Position numbers and translations under genes: made by a program. A stretch of DNA of 57,105 nt, counting the filler, from Porpidia crustulata (Eukaryota): assembly GCA_964255105.1 (NCBI GenBank). It is 5 parts of 5 records of this genome, joined end to end, with 100 filler letters (N's around TTAATTAATTAA, not from the genome) between each part and the next. Parts side by side here need not be neighbours in the genome. Positions count along the whole stretch, not along the records: positions 11,488 to 22,835 come from CAXUWE010000666.1; positions 22,936 to 34,262 come from CAXUWE010000667.1; 3 more parts are not named here. The stretch is one strand, 5' to 3'. Below the pieces are notes generated by a model. It saw nothing but the letters and a program-made list of their open reading frames with translations. It was not told the origin of the DNA and did no database searches. How positions within the stretch are numbered: position 1 is the stretch's first letter; each line of letters begins with the position of its first letter. Below, piece after piece: positions 11,705-23,664 of the stretch.

Positions 11705-14676
11705 TTACGACGAACCTTCTTCCCACGCCGGGTTCTACATTAGTGTTAGCTGTGGTGGCACCTTCTCACGCGCATGATGATTGGAGAGCTCATACCTTTC
11801 TCAAAATCACCAGGCCTTCCAGATTACTCGCCAGACTGATGTACTGCTCATCCTCCAACTCCGCCCTCTCGCCGTACGCCAACAGAACGGGTGTGCTCTG
11901 CGTCTGCCACCCGGTGATGGTCTTGGGCCGCCCGGCCTGGCCGACCACGTCGACGGCCTGTCCGACCCTGACGTTGACCTGCAAGGGTTTCAGGTCTTCG
12001 TCGAGGGTGACAAGGAAGCGCGGGTGCATGGCGGTGACGATGAAGTAGAGGAGATAGTGGGATTCGCCGAGGATGAATTGCTTGGCGTCGATCATGGCGA
12101 CGAGGACGGTGAGGAGGCCGGCGGCTGCGACACGGGAGAGGATTTGCCGATCGGTGTGGAAAGGGTTGATGGACATGGTGCCCTTGCCCATGTGTAGGAG
12201 ACCTTGGGCGATGCGCACCATGAAGAGGGAGTTCTGGTCGCGGTGGTAGTAGCTCGCGAGCTGGCGGAGGAGTTGGGCCAGACGAGCGTTGTTGGTGCCG
12301 GCGCCAAGGAGACCCATGGCGAAGATGGCGTTGATTGCAACATCGTTATCGTTGTCGTGGCTGTAGCGGGACAAGGTGTCGTAGACTTTCATCTGGGGGT
12401 TGCTGGGGCTGATCAAGCCCATGGCGAGGGGTACTGCTTTACGAATGTTGGGTTCGCCGTAATGCATCAAGTGCCCGAATTGACGAAGGACCATTTCTTG
12501 GCCTACTTCTTCGCCCATAGAGATGAGCGACAAGCCGAGAACGGCGTAGGTTTGGAGAAGCTCGTCTCCTTTCTTATCTTCGCTGTCTTCGATATGATCA
12601 TTGCATATATGTAAGAGATCCTGTAATTTTAATACCGTTCCGGTGCCAGCCCAGGCGCAAACTTCCGCGAGGACAGCGGCGGGCTTTGCCATTGGATGAT
12701 CGATGACCTTCAGAGTCTCCAGGATGACCTCCACCTCTTCTTGCCGACCGAAGAACAGCAGAGCGAGACCCAACGACATGAAGCGAGTCCACTTATCCTT
12801 GAGTTGCTTTTGTCGCTCTTCGTCCAGTAGAGTTGTGATGATGGCTTCGCTAACACGGTCATTCGACGACCCAACAAATATCATACCCAAGGAAAGCGCA
12901 GCCATAGCGGAAAGTTGCATGTCCAACGACGTGTCCTCGACGATTGGGAGTAACAGCTCGAGGAGGTCCTCTTTATTAGTTCCAGCACATGCTAACCCAA
13001 GACCCATAATAGAGGCCATCCTCATTACCACATGCTTGCTATTGAGATTGTCCTCGGTACTGAGGAGCGCTAGGGCTGGCTCCGAGTCCATACGTACTCC
13101 AGAATTGAGGATGCCAATTGCCAGTAACGCGCCAGCTTTAATCTCTTTCTCATCCGCATAGGAAAATTTATCAATATGATCAAGGCCCGACTCAATGTCC
13201 CATCGTAATAGCATGCCCATCGATGCAGTCGTTGACACCATGCCATCGTCTTTTGTTTTCCAAACCCAGCTTGTCTTCTCGCCTTCGACAAGCATCATCT
13301 TGTCATTACCAAACCCCGCATTGACAAAGGCATTGACGAAAGCGCTTGCGAGGTTGTGTCTCGCGGAATCTACATTGGTGAGACCAGCTGTTCGACTGCT
13401 CTCAAGATGACTTTTATAAATATCCTCTGGCATTTTAGGGTCGAGAATATTCAATTCTTTTCCTAGTGACTTGAAGTGATCCGCTAGTTTAGTATTACTC
13501 AGACATTCAAAGAGCTCTGTATCTGGTTCCTGGTCTTCCGAAATGTCCTCAGGGAGCTCCAGCCATATTTGTTGCCGTGCGACTAACAAAGCCATTTGCT
13601 TCTTGAGGGCCAGGTCTTGTGTAGAGTCGAAGTCTTTGTGAATGAGTTCAAGATTATTAAGTCGTATTGCAAGTACCATAGCCTGAGGGAGTTTTTCGTA
13701 TCGTTTGTATATATCGTGCGCACAAACTAGAAACTGATAATCGTCGGGATAGGTAAGAAGGTTCACCATGCTAACCATGTAAAGGCACACTCGCTGATAG
13801 GTATTCTCGTCCACGTATTTATGTATCTCGTGTATCCTCTCCAACTCGCTCAACAGATCCACGGCATCTGCTTCGGCGTTGTGACTTAGGAAATAGGGAA
13901 CGAGCGTGCTTGCGAGCTCAATAAGTGCTGTTGGATCGCCATCGTCTGTCATTACCGTCTGGAAGTCTATACCAATCTCAAGCGCCAAATGTCGTACGTA
14001 CTCGTGGCCCCAGGAACCCAGATCCTCGGAGGGTGAAAGCATGCGGTAGTTGAGCGTTGCTAATTTGGTTTCGTCACCTAGGGTCATACCAAGGACTGAT
14101 AAAACATCTGCAAGGGATTTCTGTGACGTGGTTTAGCAGGTGAAGAGACCTCGTGGTGGCACTTCGCACCTTTTCTTTTCCATCTGACCAACTTTCGTAG
14201 CGTTTTTCTAGTTCTTCAAAATGCGGCCGCAGAAATTTGAGAGGTTTCGGTACGGCAGTCATGGACGACGTGGAGGTTTTAATGAAATTCTTGATAGCAT
14301 CAAGGGCTGGTAGGTAGAGGCTGGTATCTGACTCCTGTTCGTTGCAATTATAAGCATCATGGCCGTAGTGTAGATCTTGCAACTGTGCGTACCTGTAGAC
14401 GCGAGACAAGCATCTCAAGCTCCGTCTTTAGCTGCTGATCTTCCTCATTGAGTTCCTCTAGAGCATGATGAGCCCTCGTCATGGCACCATACCACACGGA
14501 ACATAGGATTACATACCATCCTGAGGCTCATCTCCCTTCTTGCCGTTGACTATAGGCTTACCATCCTTGTCCTTCATTACATCTTCTTTGGTTTTCCCAC
14601 TTTCTGCGAGCTCCTCATCTCCTGCATTACCCTTTCCCTTCTCTGCTGCAGTCGGCTCTCCGCTCTCCTTTGCCAT
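11705..14676 (-). CDS. RPN1: 26S proteasome regulatory subunit Rpn1
   Basis: Exons 14676-14517, 14457-14393, 14334-14170, 14120-11796 and 11734-11705. Motifs TSSMTAVPKPLKFLRPH, WGHEYVRHL, NLASAFVNAFVNAGFG, PC repeats and VRVGQAVDVVGQAGRPKTITGWQT. Confidence 0.96.
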
Positions 14677-15007
14677 TCTGGCCGCAGACCGAATCTGCAC
14701 TATGGTAGATTAGTGGGGCCGTCGAATGTGCCAGGAACAGTTCTTAGACAAAGATGGAAGTGGGGAAGATGGCGATGAGCTGCGGGTGGAAGTTTTCGGG
14801 AAATATGTGCGTTTGGAGTAGCTGGTCGATAGGTCGAGTTAATGAATGCGCGTGAAGCTTAGAGCTTGATCGATGGCGTTGATTCGCCGCAGAGCCGCAA
14901 CGATCCCTGACCGCACACCTCTCGAACTTCATTTTGATCATTAATTCTGCCCACTACTAAACCTCACAAACTTTTACTAGGGAATTGAAAACATTCGGGC
15001 TTCGATA
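14677..15007. promoter_or_regulatory. Short divergent (bidirectional) promoter region, RPN1/RIO2
   Basis: 331 bp between the head-to-head start codons; inferred from gene geometry only. Confidence 0.5.
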
Positions 15008-16416
15008 ATGAAGCTCGATACCAAGCATCTACGCTACCTCACCAACGAGGACTGGCGAGTCCTTACCGCAGTATGTTCTGCCCGCGCCGAATCTCTCACC
15101 ACCCCCCCAACGGTCCAGACTGACAGCTGACCAGACCCCCCGCAGGTTGAGAATGGCAGCAAAAACCACGAAGTTGTCCCTACACCCCTAATTACCCAGC
15201 TCTCAGGCCTTCGCGGAGGTAGCGGCGTTCACAAATGCATTTCCACTCTCGCTAAAGCCAACCTAATCGCCCGGGTAAAGAATGCCTCATGTAAAGTTAC
15301 TCCTCTTCCTCCCATGCTTCCAGAAGCTCGCACGCTGATATTTCCTGCCCAGATGACGGCTACCGCCTTACCTATGGTGGCCTCGACTACCTCTCACTCC
15401 ACACCCACCTCAAGCGCAAAACCCTCTACAGCACTGGCAATCAAGTCGGCGTGGGCAAAGAATCCGACATTTTCGTCGTCGCTTCTCCCTCTGGCACCCA
15501 GCATGTTTTGAAAATACACCGTCTCGGCCGCATATCCTTCCGCACCATCAAGAACAACAGAGACTACCTCCGACACAGGAGTTCCGCATCATGGATGTAC
15601 ATGAGCAGACTGGCTGCGCTGAAGGAGTTCACGTTCATGAAAGCGCTTAAAGAGAATGGATTCCTCGTGCCGGAGCCAATCGCCAACAGCAGACACACGA
15701 TCGTAATGGAACTAATCGACGCCTTCCCCCTGCGACAAATCACCGAAGTCCCGGACCCCGCAGGACTCTACAACGAACTCATCGAAATAATCCTCCGACT
15801 CGCCCAACACGGCCTCATCCACGGCGACTTCAACGAATTCAACATCTTAATCAAAGAAGAAGAAGAAAACAACCACCCCCCCAAACCCACAGAAACAGAC
15901 CAAAACCCCGTCCGCTCCCTGAAACTAACCCCCGTGCTCATCGATTTCCCCCAAATGGTGTCCATCGACCACACCAACGCGGAAATGTACTTTGACCGCG
16001 ATGTCAACTGCGTCAAACGCTTCTTCGAGCGACGCTTCCACTTCACTAGCGACGAGCCGGGTCCGTACTTCGCAGATGCAAAGAAGCGGGTGGGTAAGAG
16101 CGGAGGGAAGCGCCTGGATGTCGAGGTCGAGGCATCCGGGTTCTCCAAGAAGATGGCGAAGGACCTGGAGAAGTATATGAAGGATGTCGGTGTAGACGGG
16201 GACGGTGGTAATGGTCGAGATGACGGCATGTCGGAGGATGGTGATGATACCGAAGAAGCGGAAGCTGAAGCTGAAGGGCTCGATAGCACTTTACAGGGGA
16301 TGAACGAGCCAAACGCCATGAAACATGCTGAGGAAGAAGGAACATACCCGAGATTCTGTGGTAAATCCAACGTACCGATCTCAGCCGTATCCATCTTATC
16401 GATAGCAGACACATGA
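15008..16416 (+). CDS. RIO2: Atypical protein kinase Rio2
   Basis: Exons 15008-15070, 15146-15290 and 15353-16416. MKLD...EDWRVLTA|VENGSKNHEVVP, YDGYRLTYGGLDYL, GVGKESDI, KIHRLGRISF, IHGDFNEFNI, IDFPQM. Confidence 0.96.
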
Positions 16417-17013
16417 ACCAATAAGTCTTGGAATACCACTATTGATACACGGTTCGCTCCGTATGTTGAATGGAGGACGAATTACAAATTCATTGATGCT
16501 AAATCTAAGCTATGGTGATGACAGCTGAAGCGATTGGTAGCTAAGATGAAAAAGGACTTGTGCCTTACCCTTGAAATTCCATGTGACTGACCCGCATCTT
16601 CTACAAATTGATGCCTAAAGAATATGTCGCTAAGCTGCTCCGAAACAGTCATCCACCCTATGAGTGATATGCTCATGATCTCCGCCCATGCCATATTAGA
16701 TACTAGTGCTGTGCATTGGAGAGGATGTTTGAAGATCAAGGTAGTAACGTGAGGCCATATGGTCCTAACGATACGATCTGTGAGGTGCAAGAAGCATTGT
16801 GAACGTTGGTTGACCTGGATATTGATGTCCTCCTTACGGATATATGTAGATGCTCGTAAGATATGGGAACTGCGAGGTCCGAAGTTGCAAATATCGATAG
16901 AATGACCCATCCGTAAATTGATGATGGTCGAACTAGGAAGCGATCATTCACGATGGCTGTATAAAATAGAATTGAGCCCCCATAGCATACAGGCCGAGGG
17001 ATGTATGTCCAAT

Positions 17014-19126
17014 CTAAAGTTTAGACTTGGCAGGCGACAAGCCTGGCTCTAGATGCGTAGAGATTCCACTGGGGCATAATTTGTCGTCACCAGAGTCTGT
17101 AGGTGTGCTTGGGGCGTTGAGAGAGTCGCCACCAGCCGCTCCAGCAGTACTTGTAGATTTCTTGGCAGCATCCACACATGGGCTCTCAATCTTTATTCGA
17201 GATGACTGGCGAGCCTGGGACGGAGCAACGTTAAGCTGCGGTCTGGGTCCGGCTACTGCAGCGACTTGCATTTGCTGCTGATAGGCAATCAAGCTACACT
17301 AGTCAGTGGTGGTCCGATTGTACATACCAGGGAGCCTACCTTGGATCTGGCGAAACCGGTGATCGACCCACCCAGTTCCCATCAGAACCCGGTACACGGG
17401 ATTGAAACGGACTCGCAAATGCTGCTGGTGTAGGGGAATAACGCCATGCCACCCCGTGGCTATACTCACTCGCTTTGTACTGGCGACGCTCCGCTGTGCT
17501 GGTCTTGAGTTTCTTTTGATCCTCGGTGTCTGCAAAGCGAATTTGGAGAACTTTGCTACTTTCCCCTTCGCCGATCTGCTTGCCGTGGAATTCATTTATG
17601 ATTTTTGAGCAAATCTCAGGAGTCTCAAATCTGTATAGGATATTCACTGTAAGAAACACAACCAATGGTCTCAGGAGCTTCTTACATACCTAATGAAACC
17701 CACCCCGCGGCTTGTACCAATAGTGTCTTTCAAGACCGTGTGACCTTTCGTTACGATGTCTGGATACACCGCTGTGAAGATCGCTTTCAAGTCCTGCTCA
17801 GATTCAGCCAGTGCCCCTCATTAATGGAGTGACAAAATAGGTTATACTAACAGGATCAGTCATCGTCATTGGTAGATTCGAAACGTATAGATTATTATTA
17901 CTTGGATCACTCAAGGTCTTCAGTCGAGAGTTGTGCGAGGGCTATCTCGGGATCAGCACATTTTGATAAACGGATTGGAAATAGTGTCGTACCCTTGCGT
18001 ATTTCGCCTCGTAGCCCAGGAAGTAGAAGACACGAATACAATTCTCGGCGTCAAGAAAATTGAAGAACTTGATAAACCCGAAGCTGTAATCAGGGTCAGT
18101 GGAAGTATGAACTTTGTTTTCTTGACAATGTCCCTACCCTTTGCATTCTCCGGTGGCAAGGTCAATCATTGCTTTGGCGCTATCGACCGCTCCAAAGCGT
18201 TGCCCGTACTCCAATATCAATTCGTCGGTTGTGGTGGGTGGGAATCCTCGAATATAGACATTGGTAGTTGACTCGGTGTTGTTCAGAATCTTGTCGAGGG
18301 TACCACGGCCACCTTCAGGGCTCCAGAGTGCCGGTATGGCTACAGGAATTTCTGGGACGATCTTAATTATCTCGTTGAAGTCTACATGGCAATATTGATT
18401 GCTGGGGTCAGGATTGAGTGTTTTCCAGATTTGAGGTCCCGTGTAAGTAGGAATGGTCTGCTTCGGGGACGGTGTGCTCCAGGTATTGGGTGAATAGTAT
18501 GATGATGGGTATCCACCATTGATGGTGCCTGGAAACAGTGGAGTCTGCGGGCTTGATCCGTCGTTGGATGACCAAGAGGTGCGACGAGGCGCTGCGAGTT
18601 CAGGCACTTCCTGTGGAATCTGCTGAGAAGACATCCAACTTTGACCGCGGGGGGTATTGGGAAGGTTACGATGTACCGAAGAAGACATCGTGTTATAAGA
18701 TGCGTGCTGCACGTAGGGTGCCTGCAGCGCAGCCAAGTGGTAGTTTCCAGGATACTGCTGATAGGGGCCGTGGGCGGCAGGCATGCCGGAGAAAATCATG
18801 TTATTGTCAGCACCAAGCTGATACAGCATCTGACCCTGGCCGTGAGTGGCGGGAATACCATTCATATTGACCATGCTGGCGGGGAAGGTATTGCTATTCG
18901 ACTTGACCGGTCCACCATAACCAACATTACGAATATTCACCCCTTCGAAAGCGTTGGCAAGGCTATCCATCGAAAGGCCGATATTATCATTGTAGTTTGT
19001 GGACGGGTTTGTGGCCGGATACACCTGTCCTTGGGGTTGATACTGGCTGTAATGAGCGCTGTAGCCATAAGAATTAGGGTTCGTAGATTGGATGGCACCG
19101 CGGCCCTCTGTCACAGAAGACTGCAT
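17014..19126 (-). CDS. Two-RRM RNA-binding protein with Q/N/Y/S-rich low-complexity N-terminus (MSSP2/RBMS or Spo5-like)
   Basis: Six predicted exons (first 19126-18138, second 18083-17993). RRM1: TNVYIRGFPP...AMIDLATGECKG|FGFIKF. RRM2: NNLYVSNLP...TSRGVGFIR|FET...LQIRFAD. Stop at 17014. Confidence 0.8.
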
Positions 19127-22100
19127 CGTACTTAATGTACAATTACCTGGGAATGGAACCCGTAAGCTTTGATCGCAGGTGTGGAGGTAGAAGGATATAA
19201 AATTTGTGCGTAGCCTTCTAAGGGAAATCAATAGAGATCGGGTAGATTGCAAGTGTAGTGCCAGGAATGGCTGCGATATCTAACAATGATACATCTGACG
19301 AGAATGAACCATGAACCATGAATAATTAAGACCAGTAGATCCAGCTACTTTGTGACAGCATTACGATTGCCATGGGATGGAATCAGACATGATGATTTGG
19401 ACTTGCTTATACACTTACGAGTAAGGTGCTTCTGCCTCCCAGGACGGTATGGTTGCTTGTGTTGCTTATAGCAAACGACTGTCTATAGCTGCGTCAGCGA
19501 ATTCTGTGCATAGAAAATGTTGGATGGGAAAACGGACCAACCAAGTTCTAGTGATGTCCCCGGAATAGTGCAGCGAGTATTGATGGTCCAAAGCCTAGCG
19601 ACTGCCACTGTGAAGTGCATTTTAGGCCCGGAGAAACACTGATGTGTTGGGTGCAGGGATTTGAGCTTACCAAAAGACTTTAGTACTGATCAGAGACTGA
19701 AGCGAGCTCGATATGATACGAGCAAGAGGTAGAATGAATAAGAGTGCCTATGTGAGCAAGGAATTCACTAACGATTGTCGAATCTGCAAATAGCTGAAGG
19801 GAGAAGTGAGAGGATGTTGGAGGATATTGGGAAGAGAAACAGAAAGTCTGGATAAAAGTTGGGAGTAAATAAGCATTAGCTTACAATGTTAGGATAAAAT
19901 TATGGATTAGGAAGCGTCGAGGATGTCAACGTTTGTATCCACGTCATGCTCCAGCGATTGCTGGAATCAGAAGGAGCATCTGCTGCAAGAATGGTGTGAT
20001 TTTGTACAGAGCATAGAAAGAACGCAATAAGATTCTTCGAGCAGAAGCAGGAGGCATCTTGGGGACGTAGTGGTATATGAAATATAAGCAAGCACAAGAT
20101 GAATTGTAGCCGATTTGGGAGTCCACAAAATCTGGTAGTCTGCATACTGCAGCATCATCGTCATCTCAATGCCTCATGCTCACTCTTAGCGAACTTGATA
20201 GCTGAAAGCTCTTTCAGGTCATCCTCAGTGCATTTGTCGTGTGGAAAAGGCGACTTGAATTGACTAGGGTTACAAGGACACACTGCTGAGCTACCCTAGG
20301 TACGAGGGTGCGACATAGGAAGATCTCAGGCTTACCCTTATCGTATTGTGATATTAGCAATACAGAAGCCACGACCACCACTCAAAGGTACCATATCTGC
20401 CAGACTCGGACTTTCCCACACTATTTCAGTAACACGCTTCCATCCTCTTCAAAGGTGGCGGCATGATCAGAGCTTCACTCAAGTAAGGTATGCTTCTCCT
20501 CGAGAATGTTGTACCTAATCTTCCGCTGGAAAGCTCATGGCTATGATAATTCACTTATTGCTCAAATCGTATCACTACTGCCATTGTCAAGTCACTGGAG
20601 AGTGATCAGGCTTACGCATCCCTAGCCTGATCGTGCCTCCCTTGCGGTCCAGGGAACTAGGTATCACAGGAGCACAATGAAAGAGCTGTAGTGGCTTTGG
20701 AAGGGCATACTAATGCTTGAAGATGGAAGAGTGCATTTATTTACTGGAAGATAAGGTAATGGAATAAGACGGCGGTCCCTGCGCTATGATAAACGCGCGG
20801 AGACGAGACGGAAGTGAGCCATTGGCCCTTGGGTTCTTCCCGCAAACCCTTGCACGCCTTGCGCCATCCATCATCATCTATGATTCTGACCGGACCCATA
20901 GGAATCGGGGAAACAGAATGGTTAAGTCCAAAAGCTCCGATCGCAAGTCTGACAGCTGTCTTGTGCAAAGCTAGGCCTGCGCGCAAGTCTTGGGCCCATG
21001 TCATTCTGTCGCCTCAGCATCCCACACCCCAACGCCTGATACCACCTCCGAGGCTCAAGAGCGCAAGACTGGAGTCACTCCCGCCGTCGAAAGGGGTGTC
21101 TCACCGCAAACTTTCGTATTGTGTCTCAGAACCGGACCGGGCTTTCCTTGCAGCGCCTTGATCGTCATAGTGGACAATCTTGTATCCGATCTGTATGGCT
21201 CGAGGTGCTAGACCTATGGCTGTGCCAGACTCAGTGCTTCCAAGATGCCATGCATATCTACCAGCTGTCTAATGAGTGTCACGTCTCCTGGTTGGTCGAA
21301 GGAAGACTTCCCCACATCTTTACACAATTCTCAACAATTGTGCCTTGCTGCGGTACATGCCGATCTGCATGGCGGTACCCCGTCCTTCTAATTCTTAGAT
21401 CTTGCATGCGAAAGCCATGGGAGTCAATTATAGCTCACTTCAGTATCTTTTACGCGCCAAGAGAGCAATATTATTACACGGCAAAATTCCCATACTCCTC
21501 TACAAGGACTTTCCTAAATTTCAGCATTGTTGATCCCTTGCGACACAGTGCTCTCTAGCCCTCACCCTGAGACTTTGTTCTTATTGACGCCCGCCACTAA
21601 ACGTTAAGGATTAGCGCTCAGCCAAGCGTAGATTCTGCACTTCGATTCAAGCCTAAAGGTTCTCACTGTAAGTCTGCCGCCGTGGAAATATGAGATATCA
21701 TATATCACGCCGGCTAAATTCAACTATTCGCTCGCATTATGTCTTCAATCATCAGGGGACAAAGACCGAGCTTCGTTCAGCCAGACACGATATCTTTCTT
21801 GTCATGTCGTTCTACTGTCTCTATACAGAGCCTATTCAGAGACGCCATACCTCTTCGTGCCGCAAGATACAAAAATCAGCATACCCTCAACCCCATCGAG
21901 GAGCTGGTGTAAAGCTCGCTAACGAGTCATTGATACCCCCAAGCTTGCACAGCAGAAAATGCGAGATAGCTTGCAACAATTTGATCCACCAACTACGCAA
22001 AATATTGTTCCTTTCCCACACGGTTCAATCGACGTAGTGTATCAACCGACCGAGTCAACACATATGATCAACCAACCCCACATTTATGCTTCGAATAGCC

Positions 22101-22509
22101 GCCAATTCTATGCATCCAGGAGCAAGTGATATCTCAGCCGGAAGTCCCCGGAATGGCGCAAAGGATTTCAACCGCGCAACGGTACCAGCGCTAGGTTGCT
22201 TCGAGCCTAATAAGGTAGATATGATGGGGTTTGGGGCTTCTATTGTGCGAATGAAATACATCAGTCCGTGTCGTCTGTTGAAGAAATCGCATTCGAGAAT
22301 GCTATACCGTAGAGTAGATACGACCATGTGACGCGAACTGTATCGAGCTATAAAACGAGCACTCTGGAAATAAATCATATCGAAAAGCAAGTCTATTATA
22401 TCCTGCGCCTCCAGGTCTTACGCTGTCATCGCCGTCTCCCGTCCCATCTACATCCCCTTTTCCCAAGCACATCCTTGCTTATCCTGCCATCACCTCGTCC
22501 GCCGGGACC

Positions 22510-22803
22510 CTATGACCACACATCCTCCTGGTACTGCCCGCTGCTCCGCATGCCCTTGACGACCTCCTCGCCCTTCTCGGCGCTCAGCCCGCGCTGCTCG
22601 GCGATGATCTTGCCTAGCACGACGCTGACCTCGCGCGCCATGTTGCTCGCGTCGCCGCAGACGTAGAAGTTTGCTTTTTGCTCGAGCAGGTCGTTGACGA
22701 GGGCGGCGTTCTCTTGGATGCGATGCTGGACGTAGATTTTCTTCGCGGTGGCGCGGGAGAAGGCAGTGATGAGCTGGAAGTTTGGGAGGGTGGAGGTGAA
22801 GGA
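22510..22803 (-). CDS. NADPH-cytochrome P450 reductase, last exon only (gene truncated by contig end)
   Basis: Not in the ORF track. After a CAG acceptor it reads ...LITAFSRATAKKIYVQHRI...ANFYVCGDASNMAREV...RSSGQYQEDVWS*, the canonical CPR C-terminus. Confidence 0.9.
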   Translation of the reverse strand, partial: SFTSTLPNFQLITAFSRATAKKIYVQHRIQENAALVNDLLEQKANFYVCGDASNMAREVSVVLGKIIAEQRGLSAEKGEEVVKGMRSSGQYQEDVWS

Positions 22804-22835
22804 CTGGTGGTGGGAAGGTCAGTTGGATGCGTGGT

Positions 22836-22935
22836 NNNNNNNNNNNNNNNNNNNNNNNNNNNNNNNNNNNNNNNNNNNNTTAATTAATTAANNNNNNNNN
22901 NNNNNNNNNNNNNNNNNNNNNNNNNNNNNNNNNNN
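22836..22935. other. Artificial contig spacer
   Basis: N44-TTAATTAATTAA-N44. Confidence 0.98.
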
Positions 22936-23009
22936 TAGACACGTAGCTAGACCGACTCAATCCACAACCCTTTTCACCCTAAGTCAGCCCGTCATATATC
23001 TCAACAGAT

Positions 23010-23225
23010 TGTTGATTTTAATTTATTTTAATGATTTTGATTTTTGTATATTTTTTTGCTTTTTTAATATATTTTTCATATCCTCTTTGATTCTTTCTTT
23101 CGTTCTCTTCTCTTTTTTTTCCCTTCTTTCTCATCTTTTTTTTCATCTCTTTTGTCATCTCTTTTTTCATCCTTTTTTCATTCTTCTTTTCCTTCCCCTT
23201 CCCCCTTCTTCCTCCTATTTCTCAG
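23010..23225. repeat. T-rich low-complexity tract with imperfect TCATCT(T)n units
   Basis: Poly-T/CT runs with several TCATCTCTTTT-like copies at about 23130-23185. Confidence 0.7.
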
Positions 23226-23664
23226 ATTTAAACATATCATCTTCCTTACACTAGAACATTAAAACATTTCAATCGAGTCGCCACACTAAAAGAAAGTAGT
23301 AAAACAGCAATTTTCATCTCATCTGTATCTCATCTTTCTCCCCTTTCGTTCTCTCGACCTTCTAATGCCTTCATCCGCACTTTGCTCCTTTCCTGAATGC
23401 CGTGGATCGAGCGAGTGAGACGGTAACCAGCAGTGTCGGTGAAGCGCTTAGGAACAAAAAGATGATTGCAAAGATTTCAGATGGTAGGGATGCGAGTGAA
23501 TATCATTCTATGTACCACGAACAACTTAATCGCTGAGATTCGCTCACGTGTATATGCATCTCCCATCATCCAGCCATCAGCTATCTACAACGAAGCAAAA
23601 CTCAAAACTCAAACCCAAGCACACGCTCAACGCCCAACGCTCGTACAAACAACACTTCCTCAAT

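Noticed and set aside
20604..20632. 9-bp inverted repeat GATCAGGCT...AGCCTGATC
   Set aside because: A single short stem is plausible by chance in 57 kb, and there is no supporting context.
23009..23254. Phe-rich 81-aa ORF resembling a membrane protein
   Set aside because: Translation artefact of a poly-T low-complexity tract.
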